Assembly (NCBI GenBank): GCA_049720225.1
Contig: JBNASD010000001.1
Location: forward strand, 293,217-357,216
Direction of reading: 5' to 3'
DNA: 64,000 bases
DNA from: Microgenomates group bacterium
GTDB lineage: Bacteria > Patescibacteriota > Microgenomatia > PFEM01 > JBNASD01
Under the pieces are notes generated by a model that searched no databases, was not told where the DNA came from, and saw only the letters and a program-made list of their open reading frames with translations. Below are positions 37,455 to 46,920 of this stretch, in pieces (within the stretch, counting starts at the first letter, position 1; every line of letters starts with the position of its first letter). The translations under genes were made by a program, and so were the position numbers.

Positions 37455-39088
37455 GGTCGTTCTTTCATTAAACTAAAAATCTCTTTAGCTACTTCTTCCT
37501 GAGAAGAAACAACTGTATTTACATCTACAGAAATTGCTTTTCCTATTCCATCCAACATATCATAGATTTGCTTAATTGCTTTTCTAACATCATCTAAAGA
37601 AAAATCACCGGTTCTGGTCCATTTAATAAGTTTTTCTAAAAGAAAAGATTCCACATCAAAAAATGCTTCAGATAAACTATTAAAATCTTGTCTATCACGA
37701 AAAGAGGGCGCTTTTTTAATATCCCAAATTTTTCCCTGCCCCACTGCTCTTATTCTATCTAAGCAATGAGTAAATAATGACTTCATTGAAGCATAAATTG
37801 CCGCTATCTCCTTAGGCATAACATAATCATGATATCCCTCAAAAGGATTTCGTTTAATTAATCTCCCTTCTGCTTCAAGTAATTTTTGAATTGGAGTTCC
37901 ATCAAACACACGCAGTGCTTTACTTAATATAGGAGTTAAACCTCTTCGTTTTAAAAATGCTAAATCTTTTTCTAACGTTTCCAAAGTTGTATAAGGATTA
38001 AAAATCATAAAACCAACAACAACAGAAATCCCCTCTCTGGCTAAAATATCTAAAGCTTGTTCCATTTCGGCAATAGTTTCTCCCTTACGGAATTTTCGCA
38101 AAATTGCATCGTCCGAACTTTCCACACCAATCAATAGTCTCTCAAAACCAGCCGCTTTTAATAAAGAAACAACACTCTCATCCGCCGTTATATCATTCCC
38201 TCGACAAAAGCCCATTAAATGAAAAGGTAACTTTCTCTTTGCAATTTCTCGGCAAAAAGATAATACATGCTCACGTCCTTCTTTTCCAGGACCAAAAATA
38301 TTTGGGTCATTAAATTTAAAAACAGTAACGCCATATTTTTGGTATAATTCCTCCATTTCCTCTACTACTGCAAGAGGATTTCGTGCACGCCAACGAGATC
38401 CTTTCCTTATACTCTCAAAAGAGTAGTTACTGCAAAATGTACAAATCCCATAACAACCACGACTACCCATAATGGTGGCATAATTAGTTTTCCCCAAACA
38501 ATAAGACAAATAATCGCGGGCGGCAAACGGAAGAGCATCTAAATCAACTGTATCCATAGGTTTATTAATTATCTGATCTGGACCTTGACGAAAGGCAATA
38601 CCTTTAACTTCCCTCCACTCTTGACCAGTTAAAATCCTTTCCGCTAAATTAACAATTATATTTTCTCCTTCTCCTAAAACCACCGAGTTTATTTTATCTC
38701 CCAATCTTTCTAAAATATAAGGAAAACTTAAGGTTGCCGTAATTCCTCCGCAGGTAATATGTCCTTGATAGTCTCTTTCTCTTAAACCATTTACAATTAA
38801 CTCTAAGGAAGGTAAAGCTCTCTGTAAAACAGAAAATCCTACAATTGGTGGGTTTTTTTCAAGAATTCTTCTAATTGTCTCCTCTATAGTTTTGGCTTCT
38901 ATATCTGCATCAAATATTTCTACTCTTCTACCGTATTTCCTTAAATTTGCCGCCAAATACATAAGCCCCATTGGTTCTTTTGGATTGTAATCTGGTTCTC
39001 GACCAGTTTGATACAAAGGAGGCAAAACTAAAAGAACCTCCGGAGAAGAAGTTAAAGGTTCTATTTCTTTAGATATTAAATTATTCAC
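37412..39088 (-). CDS. B12-binding domain-containing radical SAM protein
   Basis: The N-terminus is B12-binding-like (LVLPPLY...MGLMYLAANLRKYGRRVEIFD). The radical SAM cluster is GSRGCYGICTFCSNY. It has a C-terminal extension of about 120 aa. Confidence 0.8.
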   Translation of the reverse strand: MNNLISKEIEPLTSSPEVLLVLPPLYQTGREPDYNPKEPMGLMYLAANLRKYGRRVEIFDADIEAKTIEETIRRILEKNPPIVGFSVLQRALPSLELIVNGLRERDYQGHITCGGITATLSFPYILERLGDKINSVVLGEGENIIVNLAERILTGQEWREVKGIAFRQGPDQIINKPMDTVDLDALPFAARDYLSYCLGKTNYATIMGSRGCYGICTFCSNYSFESIRKGSRWRARNPLAVVEEMEELYQKYGVTVFKFNDPNIFGPGKEGREHVLSFCREIAKRKLPFHLMGFCRGNDITADESVVSLLKAAGFERLLIGVESSDDAILRKFRKGETIAEMEQALDILAREGISVVVGFMIFNPYTTLETLEKDLAFLKRRGLTPILSKALRVFDGTPIQKLLEAEGRLIKRNPFEGYHDYVMPKEIAAIYASMKSLFTHCLDRIRAVGQGKIWDIKKAPSFRDRQDFNSLSEAFFDVESFLLEKLIKWTRTGDFSLDDVRKAIKQIYDMLDGIGKAISVDVNTVVSSQEEVAKEIFSLMKERPWNTFREEYRWNED

Positions 39089-39108
39089 TCTCTCTTATTT
39101 TACCAAAA

Positions 39109-39378
39109 TCACAAAGTTTTCTTACTTTTTAATAAATTTTTTTCAATTTTTTCTAGAAAAGAAAGAACTCTTCCTTTGTCTAAATCCCAACGATTTAAAT
39201 AAAAAATATAGGCAATTTCCAATAAACCTGTTGTGTTAAGAACTAATAAAATTATAAACCATAAAAGTTGCCGCTTTTGCGAAGCTTTCCAAAGCGCCCA
39301 ACCTTTCCAAAAAAGGGTCCAAAAAATCAATAAACTCCAAGCCCAAATTGGTAAATTTTGATAATTTATTTTTTCCAT
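39109..39378 (-). CDS. Small hypothetical membrane protein
   Basis: It is an 89-aa ORF with two hydrophobic helices. It overlaps the desulfoferrodoxin gene end by 13 nt. Confidence 0.35.
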   Translation of the reverse strand: MEKINYQNLPIWAWSLLIFWTLFWKGWALWKASQKRQLLWFIILLVLNTTGLLEIAYIFYLNRWDLDKGRVLSFLEKIEKNLLKSKKTL

Positions 39379-39743
39379 AAACCGTGAAGATTACAATATT
39401 CTCTCACTAAAATTAAATCTCCTTCGCCTACACAAAATTCTGCTTCGGGTAATTCCCCTGGTTTTAGAAACTTTTTAAAACTTCCATTTTGAGTAACAAC
39501 CTCAATCCACTGAATATAATGAGACTCTTCCATTGGATGAGGAACAGAACCTACTTTAACTTTAATTCCCTTTTCTGTTTTTTCCACCACCGGTACATGT
39601 TTTTCCATTCCTACATCTTCGGTTTTTTCTTGTAAAAGCTCCATCGGTTGACCACAACAAACTAATTGTCCCCCGCCAGCATATAAAACCTCCACAACGT
39701 TTCCGCAAATGTTACATTTATAAATTTGGTATTGTTGAATCAT
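39366..39743 (-). CDS. dfx: Desulfoferrodoxin (2Fe superoxide reductase)
   Basis: The N-terminal desulforedoxin site is CNICGNVVEV...CCG. The SOR centre is EKHVPV...HPM...HYIQWIE...CNLHGLW. Confidence 0.9.
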   Translation of the reverse strand: MIQQYQIYKCNICGNVVEVLYAGGGQLVCCGQPMELLQEKTEDVGMEKHVPVVEKTEKGIKVKVGSVPHPMEESHYIQWIEVVTQNGSFKKFLKPGELPEAEFCVGEGDLILVREYCNLHGLWKK

Positions 39744-39760
39744 TCTTTTTCACCTCCTTC

Positions 39761-40249
39761 TTATTTAAAGTATATATTAATCCAATCGCCAATTAAATGG
39801 GAAATTATTACCACCAAAATTGCGGTTATTAAATGCTCAAGAATTATTTTTCCTTGGTCTTTTTCCTTCTCTCTAGCCAAAAGAAAATTAAAAATAAAAA
39901 TTAAAAATAAACCAAGAAAGATATTTATTATGATTGCTTGTGAAAGCGACTTTAAAATTAAAATTGGAAAAATAAAAATTATTGCAAATAAAAACTTAGC
40001 CAAAAAGGTAGCAAGGGTTGCCTGCCAAATTTCTCCAAAACTATGCTTCCCTTCTGTTTCTTCGGAAATATGAATTCCTAAGGCGTCAGAAAAAGCATCA
40101 GCTACCGCTATCCCTATAATTCCTCCTATCACCGCTAATTTTGAGTGGGTTCCAGAATGAAGGCTGGTCATTAACCCCAAAGTTGTAATTATTCCCGAAG
40201 TAAAACCAAAACTAAAACCGGTTTTAATTGGGTGATTAAATAATAACAT
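39761..40249 (-). CDS. VIT1/CCC1 family (short DUF125-type) membrane protein
   Basis: It is small with 4-5 TM and a glycine-rich motif AVIGGIIGIAVADAFSDALG, typical of the VIT family. Confidence 0.55.
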   Translation of the reverse strand: MLLFNHPIKTGFSFGFTSGIITTLGLMTSLHSGTHSKLAVIGGIIGIAVADAFSDALGIHISEETEGKHSFGEIWQATLATFLAKFLFAIIFIFPILILKSLSQAIIINIFLGLFLIFIFNFLLAREKEKDQGKIILEHLITAILVVIISHLIGDWINIYFK

Positions 40250-40585
40250 CTATTTTTTATTAAAACACAAACACCCCTTTTTTGCCAAAATTTCTTTTTG
40301 TTCCTTTAAAGTATTAATTAATTTATCTTGTTTCGCTTTTCCCTTGGCTAATTTTTTATCTAAAGGAGATTGATGATGGTATCCTCGCTTTTTCATTTCC
40401 GAAACCAATTTTTGGTGTCTTAAATATAAAGCTTTTAATTTTCCTCGCCAACGTAAAACTTCTGGATGACGAGAGTAACCTTTTTTATTTTTGATTAAAA
40501 TATTCCAAATAGCATGAAGCTCGCGATGTTCTGCTAATAAATGCTGGCGACACAAATATTTTGGAGGAAAATCCCAAATGCGCAT
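40250..40585 (-). CDS. Pyrimidine dimer DNA glycosylase family protein (T4 endonuclease V / denV-like)
   Basis: RQHLLAEHRELHAIW matches the denV DQHLMAEYRELPRVF core. Downstream it has ...HPEVLRW...GYHHQSPL. Confidence 0.7.
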   Translation of the reverse strand: MRIWDFPPKYLCRQHLLAEHRELHAIWNILIKNKKGYSRHPEVLRWRGKLKALYLRHQKLVSEMKKRGYHHQSPLDKKLAKGKAKQDKLINTLKEQKEILAKKGCLCFNKK

Positions 40586-41050
40586 TTAATTTAAAATCGC
40601 TACTGCCAAATTTAAAACCGAAGCAAAGCTTACCCAAAGCAAATAAGGTAAAAGTAAAATCCCGGCAATTTTTCTGATTTTATAAAAATTAACGGTTAAA
40701 TATAAAATTATCCCCCATAAAACCAAAATTTCCAAAAACGCCAAAAAGGGATTTCTTAAACCAAAGAAAAAAATTGACCATAAAGAATTTAAAAATAAAT
40801 GAATAAAATAAATCTTCAAAATTTTCATTTTCTGAGGATTTTCGCTTTGCCAAATTAAAAACGACGCTATTCCCATTAAAATATAAAGAGTCGTCCAAAC
40901 TGGTCCAAATAGCCAATTAGGTGGTGAAAAGAAAGGTTTGTTTAGAAATTGATACCATGAGGATATCGCCGGAAAAGTAAAATAAGCACCAATTGATCCT
41001 GCTAATTGAGGAAGTAAAAGAAAACCAATTAAAGAAAAAACTTTTCTCAT
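40586..41050 (-). CDS. tspO: TspO/MBR family tryptophan-rich sensory protein
   Basis: It has 5 TM and PNWLFGPVWTTLYILMGIASFLIW. Confidence 0.8.
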   Translation of the reverse strand: MRKVFSLIGFLLLPQLAGSIGAYFTFPAISSWYQFLNKPFFSPPNWLFGPVWTTLYILMGIASFLIWQSENPQKMKILKIYFIHLFLNSLWSIFFFGLRNPFLAFLEILVLWGIILYLTVNFYKIRKIAGILLLPYLLWVSFASVLNLAVAILN

Positions 41051-41115
41051 TTTAATTATTGACTAAATTTCTTTTAAGTGTTAAAGTTAATCAATTTTAA
41101 CAAATTTATTAATAA

Positions 41116-41667
41116 ATGAAAAAAAGTTTAATAGCCTTAATTCCCCTTGCTTTAATTTTAATTGCGGTTTTAGGTTATAAATTTTTAAATAAAAAAAATA
41201 TTTCTTCCTCAAAACAATTTCCTTCCCCCTCATTTCAATCTTCTGAATCTATTTCACCAACAGAATCAACTTCAGCAAAAGAAAAAGCTTCTTCAAAAAT
41301 AAATCTGGTTTGTCGTTATCGCCCTAATGAAAAGATAGAAGTTATAAGTTATCTTAAAGAAGGAAAAATTTTCTCCGAAATTAAGGGAGAAAATCAAGGT
41401 TTTGATAAATTTCTTTTCTTTAACGATACGGGGAAAATTTATTATTGGAATAGTTCAACCAAACAAGGTTTCACTTTAACCGCTACCACCGCTCAACCAA
41501 ATACCCAATTTGAATTTAAAAATACTGATGAATATTTAGGACAGATGGAAAAATACAGGCCGGATTGTCGAGAGGAAAGTTTAAACGACGAACTTTTTAA
41601 CATTCCCTCTGATGTAAATTTTCAAGATATGGAAAAACTTCAAGAAATGATGCGTCAAAATCAATAG
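41116..41667 (+). CDS. Hypothetical secreted or anchored protein
   Basis: It has an N-terminal TM/signal and a Ser-rich linker. I recognise no family. Confidence 0.45.
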   Translation: MKKSLIALIPLALILIAVLGYKFLNKKNISSSKQFPSPSFQSSESISPTESTSAKEKASSKINLVCRYRPNEKIEVISYLKEGKIFSEIKGENQGFDKFLFFNDTGKIYYWNSSTKQGFTLTATTAQPNTQFEFKNTDEYLGQMEKYRPDCREESLNDELFNIPSDVNFQDMEKLQEMMRQNQ

Positions 41668-42702
41668 ATGAAAAAACACTTTTTAATTTTAATTATTTTG
41701 CCTATTTTATTAATTAGCGGATTTTTAATTTTTAGAAACAAAAAAATTTCTCCTAAAAAAAGTGACCAATCGCCTCCTACTTCCTCTTTAGAAATTCCTC
41801 CTGAAGTACCAAAAATAAATTATGAAGAAATTTTTGGCAGTGAAATTAATGTCTGTAAACTTTTTCCTCAGGAAAAAATTGAAGAGCTTTTAGGAAAAAC
41901 TTTTGTTGAAGTAAAATCAGGGGTTAATAAAACCTCGCTTTACACCGAATACTATTGCGAATATTATCAGGAAGAAGCAAAATTTAAATACGAAGGAAAC
42001 CGACCAATTGTTCCAAAAAGACTTCCGATTACTATTTTGAAAAGTAACAACATTAAAGAAATGAGGGAGGCTTATAAACTTTCTGGCTTCCAGGCAAAAC
42101 AAGATGATGAAATTCCTTTCCCTCATCAACTAATTTACGATCAGAACGGTAAATTTAGAACACTTGAGATCTTCTTAGATGATAATACAGATTTGGATAT
42201 TCACCCTTTTCAAAGTAATTTAACCCAAGAAGAAGCTTTAGATTTTATTAAAAAATTCGCCTTTTATTTTAAAGATTTTGTGGAAAACAAACTAAAATCT
42301 CCATCTCCACCTTCTTCTTACTCATCTGAACAAGGAGAAGGAGTGCCCCTCCCTCAAGATGAAGATATTATTCGCAACTTTGTTTCTTTAATTGAGGAAG
42401 GAAGTGCCGATAAAGCTGCCCAAATGATGAAGGTAAAAGATGAAACGGAAATGCAAATATGGGGAGTTCATTTTTCGGCGATCAATTCTTTTAAATTATT
42501 AAAAATAGAAAAAGCCAATGAAAATGAATGGACTGACACAAAACATATTTATAAAGTTCTTTTAGATGTCTGGATGGACCCTCGTTCGGCAGATGCCCCA
42601 ATTCCCTATTATGGTTGGGAAAATGGCCAAAATACTCGCTGGATTACCTTAGAAAAAGTTGGCAATACTTGGAAAATTGCCGAAATTGCCACTGGACCAT
42701 AA
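41668..42702 (+). CDS. Hypothetical anchored protein with an NTF2-like C-terminal domain
   Basis: It has an N-terminal TM. Its C-terminal roughly 110 aa resembles the C-terminal domain of the S1 protease at 43746..45026. Confidence 0.45.
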   Translation: MKKHFLILIILPILLISGFLIFRNKKISPKKSDQSPPTSSLEIPPEVPKINYEEIFGSEINVCKLFPQEKIEELLGKTFVEVKSGVNKTSLYTEYYCEYYQEEAKFKYEGNRPIVPKRLPITILKSNNIKEMREAYKLSGFQAKQDDEIPFPHQLIYDQNGKFRTLEIFLDDNTDLDIHPFQSNLTQEEALDFIKKFAFYFKDFVENKLKSPSPPSSYSSEQGEGVPLPQDEDIIRNFVSLIEEGSADKAAQMMKVKDETEMQIWGVHFSAINSFKLLKIEKANENEWTDTKHIYKVLLDVWMDPRSADAPIPYYGWENGQNTRWITLEKVGNTWKIAEIATGP

Positions 42703-42703
42703 A

Positions 42704-42713
42704 AAGGAGGTGA
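42704..42713 (+). promoter_or_regulatory. Shine-Dalgarno AAGGAGGTGA
   Basis: It sits 8 nt upstream of the ATG at 42721. Confidence 0.65.
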
Positions 42714-42720
42714 GAAAAAA

Positions 42721-43050
42721 ATGAGGCTTTTTGGATTTTTATTTTTATTATTATTTTTTATTCTTCCAGTCGGATTAGTTGGTTTACTTATTCTAAAAAT
42801 GGTCAAAAAAACTAAAGCCAGTGAATGGGAAGGAGAAATAATTGATAAACTTTATCGAACTAAAGAAGAAAGAGATGAAGGAAGTATTATTAAAAATAAG
42901 AAAAAAGTTTCTCATTTTTATACTTTAGTTGTTAAAACCAATGAGGGATTAACCAGAAAAGTCGCGGTTTCCAAAGAAATGTACGACAGTTGTCAGATTG
43001 GTGACAAATTAATTAAACCAAAAGGGGCCTTAAATCCCCGCAAAGCATGA
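42721..43050 (+). CDS. Small membrane-anchored hypothetical protein
   Basis: It is 109 aa with an N-terminal TM and a strong SD. Confidence 0.4.
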   Translation: MRLFGFLFLLLFFILPVGLVGLLILKMVKKTKASEWEGEIIDKLYRTKEERDEGSIIKNKKKVSHFYTLVVKTNEGLTRKVAVSKEMYDSCQIGDKLIKPKGALNPRKA

Positions 43051-43289
43051 AGTCTTTTTTTAAATTTTTATTGCCGATAAATTTAGTTAGTTTAAGCGGT
43101 CTATTACTTCTTCTTTTGGGATTTATCCTTTTGCCTTTTTTAGTTGGTTTTCCTCTAATAATTTTAGGAACAATTATTATTAGTTTAGAATTCTTAAATC
43201 ACACTTTAAAATTTTTTCCCGGCGGAAAGATAGTTAAAGATTATTATAAATCATTTTTAAGCTCACTTTTTAAAATACTCCGTAAGTAA
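43047..43289 (+). CDS. Small two-TM hypothetical protein
   Basis: It is 80 aa. Its start overlaps the previous stop (ATGA). Confidence 0.35.
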   Translation: MKSFFKFLLPINLVSLSGLLLLLLGFILLPFLVGFPLIILGTIIISLEFLNHTLKFFPGGKIVKDYYKSFLSSLFKILRK

Positions 43290-43736
43290 ATTTTTGGCAA
43301 AATGGCGGGCGTTTTGAAAATCTTTTTGGTTGGGGTGATTTTTATTTATTCCTCCAAAAAATTTTAAAATTCCAAAACTATCCCAACCCAAACAATTAAA
43401 TTCGCCAATAACTTTACACCCCTTATTTATTAATTTTCGGCGCAATTTTCGATGAAAAATTTTTCCTAAGGAGACCCCGCTGGTGGAAAAAATAAAAACT
43501 TTTTGGTCTTTGGAGAATTTTAGTCTATCAACCAATTCTAATAATTGCCGATGATGTTGCCAAAAATAAATTCCCGAACCAAAACCAACCAAATCATAAT
43601 TTTTCAAACTCAAGCTATTGAACTGCCCCGCTTCTTTTAATTCCGCTTTCAATTCTTTTCCTAAAATTTTGGCGATTTTTAGGGTATTCTGGTGATGGAC
43701 AGACTTATAAATAATTAAAACTCTGGGAAATTTCAT
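43263..43736 (-). CDS. Flavodoxin-like fold protein
   Basis: It has VLIIYKSVHHQNTLKIAKILGKEL, an N-terminal FMN-binding-like loop, at about 157 aa. Confidence 0.55.
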   Translation of the reverse strand: MKFPRVLIIYKSVHHQNTLKIAKILGKELKAELKEAGQFNSLSLKNYDLVGFGSGIYFWQHHRQLLELVDRLKFSKDQKVFIFSTSGVSLGKIFHRKLRRKLINKGCKVIGEFNCLGWDSFGILKFFGGINKNHPNQKDFQNARHFAKNLLTEYFKK

Positions 43737-43745
43737 TGTTTATTT

Positions 43746-45026
43746 TTATTCCCAAAACCAAAAACCACTGGGATTGTTAATCTCTAAAATTCTACTTTTT
43801 TTCATTTTATAAACGCCATCCTCAAAAACCGTTTGCCAAGTACCCTCATAATAATGAAACTCTACTTCATTATCAACCCAATTTTTGGTTCCAAATTTTA
43901 CATACACTGTGTCTTTAGAATCCTTAACCATTTCAGTTTTAAAAACAGTCACATCCAAAACATCTTTAAATCGACTGGTCCATTCCTCAAAATTAGTTTT
44001 TTTCAAATATTCCCGACTTAAAAGCGCAAATCCATCTTTCATTCTTCGCGCTTTAATATAAGTATAAAAAGCCCTAACTGCTTCTTCCGGTGATTTTGAA
44101 GGATCCACTTCAATTTTTTTAATTTCCTGGTCAGCTAAATGGGGAAGAAAAAGCTTAGCATTATCGGCAAGAATAAACAAAGAAAGACCTCCAACCCCAA
44201 TATTATTAATCCCTACTACTTTTCCACATTGATTAACCAACGGACCGCCACTCATTCCCTCCACTAAATTAATATCTACTTGAGCATAGAAAAGGGGCGA
44301 ATTTCTTGTTTTTCGAAAATCCAAGAGTTTTCCTTGCAAAACTGTTGGTTTTCCGCTTAATTCTGTTCCCAACGGATAACCAGCGGCTAAAAGTTTTTCT
44401 CCTTCATTAAAATAAAGACGTTCCTCTGGTAAAGGCATAACTAATTGAGGAAATTTCTCTTCAGTAAAAAGTAACGCTAAATCGGCATCTTTGTGACCTA
44501 AAATCTTAATTGGAGTAATAAATCTTCCATCTGGCAAAATAATCTTGGGACTCGGCTCATCGGCAATTACATGAAAGTTAGTTATTACTTGGTCTTCGGC
44601 AATAAAAAATCCTGAACCCTCCGAATATCCCCCAACTATTCTTACAACCGAATTTTTTAGTTTTTCTTCAACATCTTCCAAAAGGAAACAATAAAACGTC
44701 CCTATCCATCCATATTCCCGACGAATATAATCAATAATCACTAAAAAAGAAAAAAGTAAATAAACAAAAACCCCAAGAAGAAAAATTGCTTTAAGGAAAT
44801 TCTTTAAACTTTTGAAGGGAAAAATAATTGTCTCAAAAATTAAACTTAAAAATGCAAAAATAAATTTAATAACAAACTTAATTAAATAATAAACTGTATA
44901 AGTAATCAATTTTAGGGGGAATAAGTAAAGGGGAAAAAGTAATCTTTTGAAATAAGCTTTCGTTTTCAACCAAGATTTTTTAACAAAAATTTTAATTTTA
45001 TTTGCCAATTTTTCAAAAGGATCCAT
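43746..45026 (-). CDS. Membrane-anchored trypsin-like (S1/HtrA-like) serine protease with a C-terminal NTF2-like domain
   Basis: It has 2 N-terminal TM. The catalytic residues are His (VITNFHVIAD), Asp (DADLALL) and Ser (GMSGGPLVN). Confidence 0.7.
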   Translation of the reverse strand: MDPFEKLANKIKIFVKKSWLKTKAYFKRLLFPLYLFPLKLITYTVYYLIKFVIKFIFAFLSLIFETIIFPFKSLKNFLKAIFLLGVFVYLLFSFLVIIDYIRREYGWIGTFYCFLLEDVEEKLKNSVVRIVGGYSEGSGFFIAEDQVITNFHVIADEPSPKIILPDGRFITPIKILGHKDADLALLFTEEKFPQLVMPLPEERLYFNEGEKLLAAGYPLGTELSGKPTVLQGKLLDFRKTRNSPLFYAQVDINLVEGMSGGPLVNQCGKVVGINNIGVGGLSLFILADNAKLFLPHLADQEIKKIEVDPSKSPEEAVRAFYTYIKARRMKDGFALLSREYLKKTNFEEWTSRFKDVLDVTVFKTEMVKDSKDTVYVKFGTKNWVDNEVEFHYYEGTWQTVFEDGVYKMKKSRILEINNPSGFWFWE

Positions 45027-45029
45027 TTT

Positions 45030-45497
45030 TTATTTTATTTTAATTTTATCACCAACATTTATACCATATCTTTTAACTACTCCATTATTGATTTCCAAAA
45101 CTTTATCTACTGGCTGTGATGGTTTTAAAACCTTTGGCGGTTGGAGATCTTCTGGTTTAACATTTTGGGTGATCTCTACTACTGTATCGCCATTAATCCA
45201 AACAAAATCCAACGGAAACCTCATTCCCTTCATCCAAAAGGAATAATAATCCGGCTTTTCAAAAATAAAAAGCATTCCCTGATTTTCCGGCAAAAAATCT
45301 CTTTCCGAAAGTCCCCTTTCTCGCTTTTCCGGTGTATCGGCAATCTCTACTAAAATTTCCGTATTACCAATAGTGATTTTTTTCAAATTTAAAGATGAAG
45401 GTTTAATTTTGAAGACTAAAAAATAAAAAATTAATAAAAAAAGGGGAAAAAGTAATAAATAAATTTTCTTAATCTTCATTAATATAAAGTTTATCAA
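45030..45497 (-). CDS. DUF192 domain protein
   Basis: It has an N-terminal TM and ...RERGLSERDFLPENQGMLFIF...FWMKGMRFPLDFVWIN. Confidence 0.75.
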   Translation of the reverse strand: MINFILMKIKKIYLLLFPLFLLIFYFLVFKIKPSSLNLKKITIGNTEILVEIADTPEKRERGLSERDFLPENQGMLFIFEKPDYYSFWMKGMRFPLDFVWINGDTVVEITQNVKPEDLQPPKVLKPSQPVDKVLEINNGVVKRYGINVGDKIKIK

Positions 45498-45862
45498 AAT
45501 CCTGCTTTTCTCTTACCTTGATAATTTCTTCCTGTTCGAAAATATCCTTTTACTCGATGAGTTTTTCCCTGCTCTTCTTCCCATTTATTTCTCAAACCAG
45601 GAGGACTATTTACCAAAAAACCCGCTAATCTTCGCTTTAATCTTTGAGGAATTCCTTCTCCTCCATTTTCTTTTGAAGCGTAATGAAAAGTTAATACTAC
45701 TAACGCAAGAGTTTGTTCCGTTTCAAAAGGTGATAAACCAAAAGTTTCTTCCAATTCTTTCTTATTTACAACAACAGTGGGTTCTTCTCCTTGTAAAGCA
45801 TCCGCAATAACCCTTAAGGCTTCTTTTTGGGTTGAAGTTAAAAGTTTTTCTCTTTCTCTCAT
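45494..45862 (-). CDS. Hypothetical protein
   Basis: It is a 122-aa soluble protein with a basic C-terminus. Its start overlaps the yjbQ stop. Confidence 0.4.
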   Translation of the reverse strand: MREREKLLTSTQKEALRVIADALQGEEPTVVVNKKELEETFGLSPFETEQTLALVVLTFHYASKENGGEGIPQRLKRRLAGFLVNSPPGLRNKWEEEQGKTHRVKGYFRTGRNYQGKRKAGF

Positions 45863-46254
45863 AAAAATAATTTTACTATTATTTTTCTTTCTCTTGGCCC
45901 ATCAAATTCTACTAGAAAAATTTCCTGCCAACTTCCTCTAATCAGTTTCCCTTCTTTTACCGGCAAAACTTTGCTTTGACCAACTAGTCCTGCTAAAAGA
46001 TGAGCCTCAGCATTATTATCTATTTTATTGTGTTCAAAATCAATCCCGGAAATTATTTTTTCAAAAAACTTTAGCCAATCTCTTTTTAATCCTTCTTCAT
46101 CTTCAGTCAACAAAATCCCTGCCGTCGAATGGGGTACAAAAACCAAAACTATTCCCTCCTCAATTTTCGCCTCAACCACAATTTCTTCTATTTTTGAAGT
46201 AATATTTATTAATTGATATTTTTGCTGAGTTAAAATAGTAAATTGAGCAATCAT
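45859..46254 (-). CDS. YjbQ family (UPF0047) secondary thiamine-phosphate synthase-like protein
   Basis: It has FVPHSTAGILLTEDEEGLKRD and NAEAHLLAGLVGQS...GSWQEIFLVEFDGPRER. Confidence 0.8.
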   Translation of the reverse strand: MIAQFTILTQQKYQLINITSKIEEIVVEAKIEEGIVLVFVPHSTAGILLTEDEEGLKRDWLKFFEKIISGIDFEHNKIDNNAEAHLLAGLVGQSKVLPVKEGKLIRGSWQEIFLVEFDGPRERKIIVKLFL

Positions 46255-46265
46255 TTTTATTTTGT

Positions 46266-46710
46266 TTATCTATTTTTGCTATTTTCCCTCTTTCTTTTAA
46301 CAAACTCAATAGTTCCTAGAATTGTTCTTCCTAAACGCAAAAGACTATATAAAAAAATAAACAAAAAGAAGAAAAAAGAAAAACATATTCCAATAGTGAT
46401 AATAAAAAGAACAAAAATCATTAACGCTAAAGAAAATCCCTCGAAATTTTTAAAATTATAAAAAAACGCCGAAAAACTAAAAATTAATATTATTAAACTC
46501 AATTAATATTATTAAACTCAAAAATAATCCCAAAATCTTTAAAATAGGAAGATTTAATATTTTTGGTTTTCTGATCCCTTCTTTTCTCCATTTTTTAATA
46601 AATGTTTGCCGAATAAAAGAACAAAAACGATAAGCTCGAGCTAAAAACCTAAATAATTCTATATCAAATTTTTCAGCTTCATATTTGAAATTAATTTTAA
46701 TAAAAGACAT
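46266..46710 (-). pseudogene. Small membrane-protein gene split into two ORFs by a 19-bp tandem duplication
   Basis: ORFs 46477..46710 and 46266..46502 (TTG start) meet exactly at the duplicated unit. Removing one copy fuses them in frame into a single hydrophobic protein of about 149 aa (...KILGLFLSLIILIFSFSAFF...). Confidence 0.5.
46482..46519. repeat. Perfect 2x tandem direct repeat of the 19-nt unit AATTAATATTATTAAACTC
   Basis: I read it directly: copies at 46482-46500 and 46501-46519. Confidence 0.9.
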
Positions 46711-46920
46711 TTTTTAAATTAATTATTAATCCCCTCCTTTGAAATCACACTTATTAACTTAAATTTATCAATCAAATACTGTCTTCATTTATCGGGTTTT
46801 TCTTATTGTCTTTCCGTCTCTTTTAAAATCTGATAGGCAATATCGTTAAAAGAGAATAATAATTCCTTTTTTATATATTCTTTTTTAATAAATTTTTAAA
46901 CTTACTTGCCGTCTTTTAAA

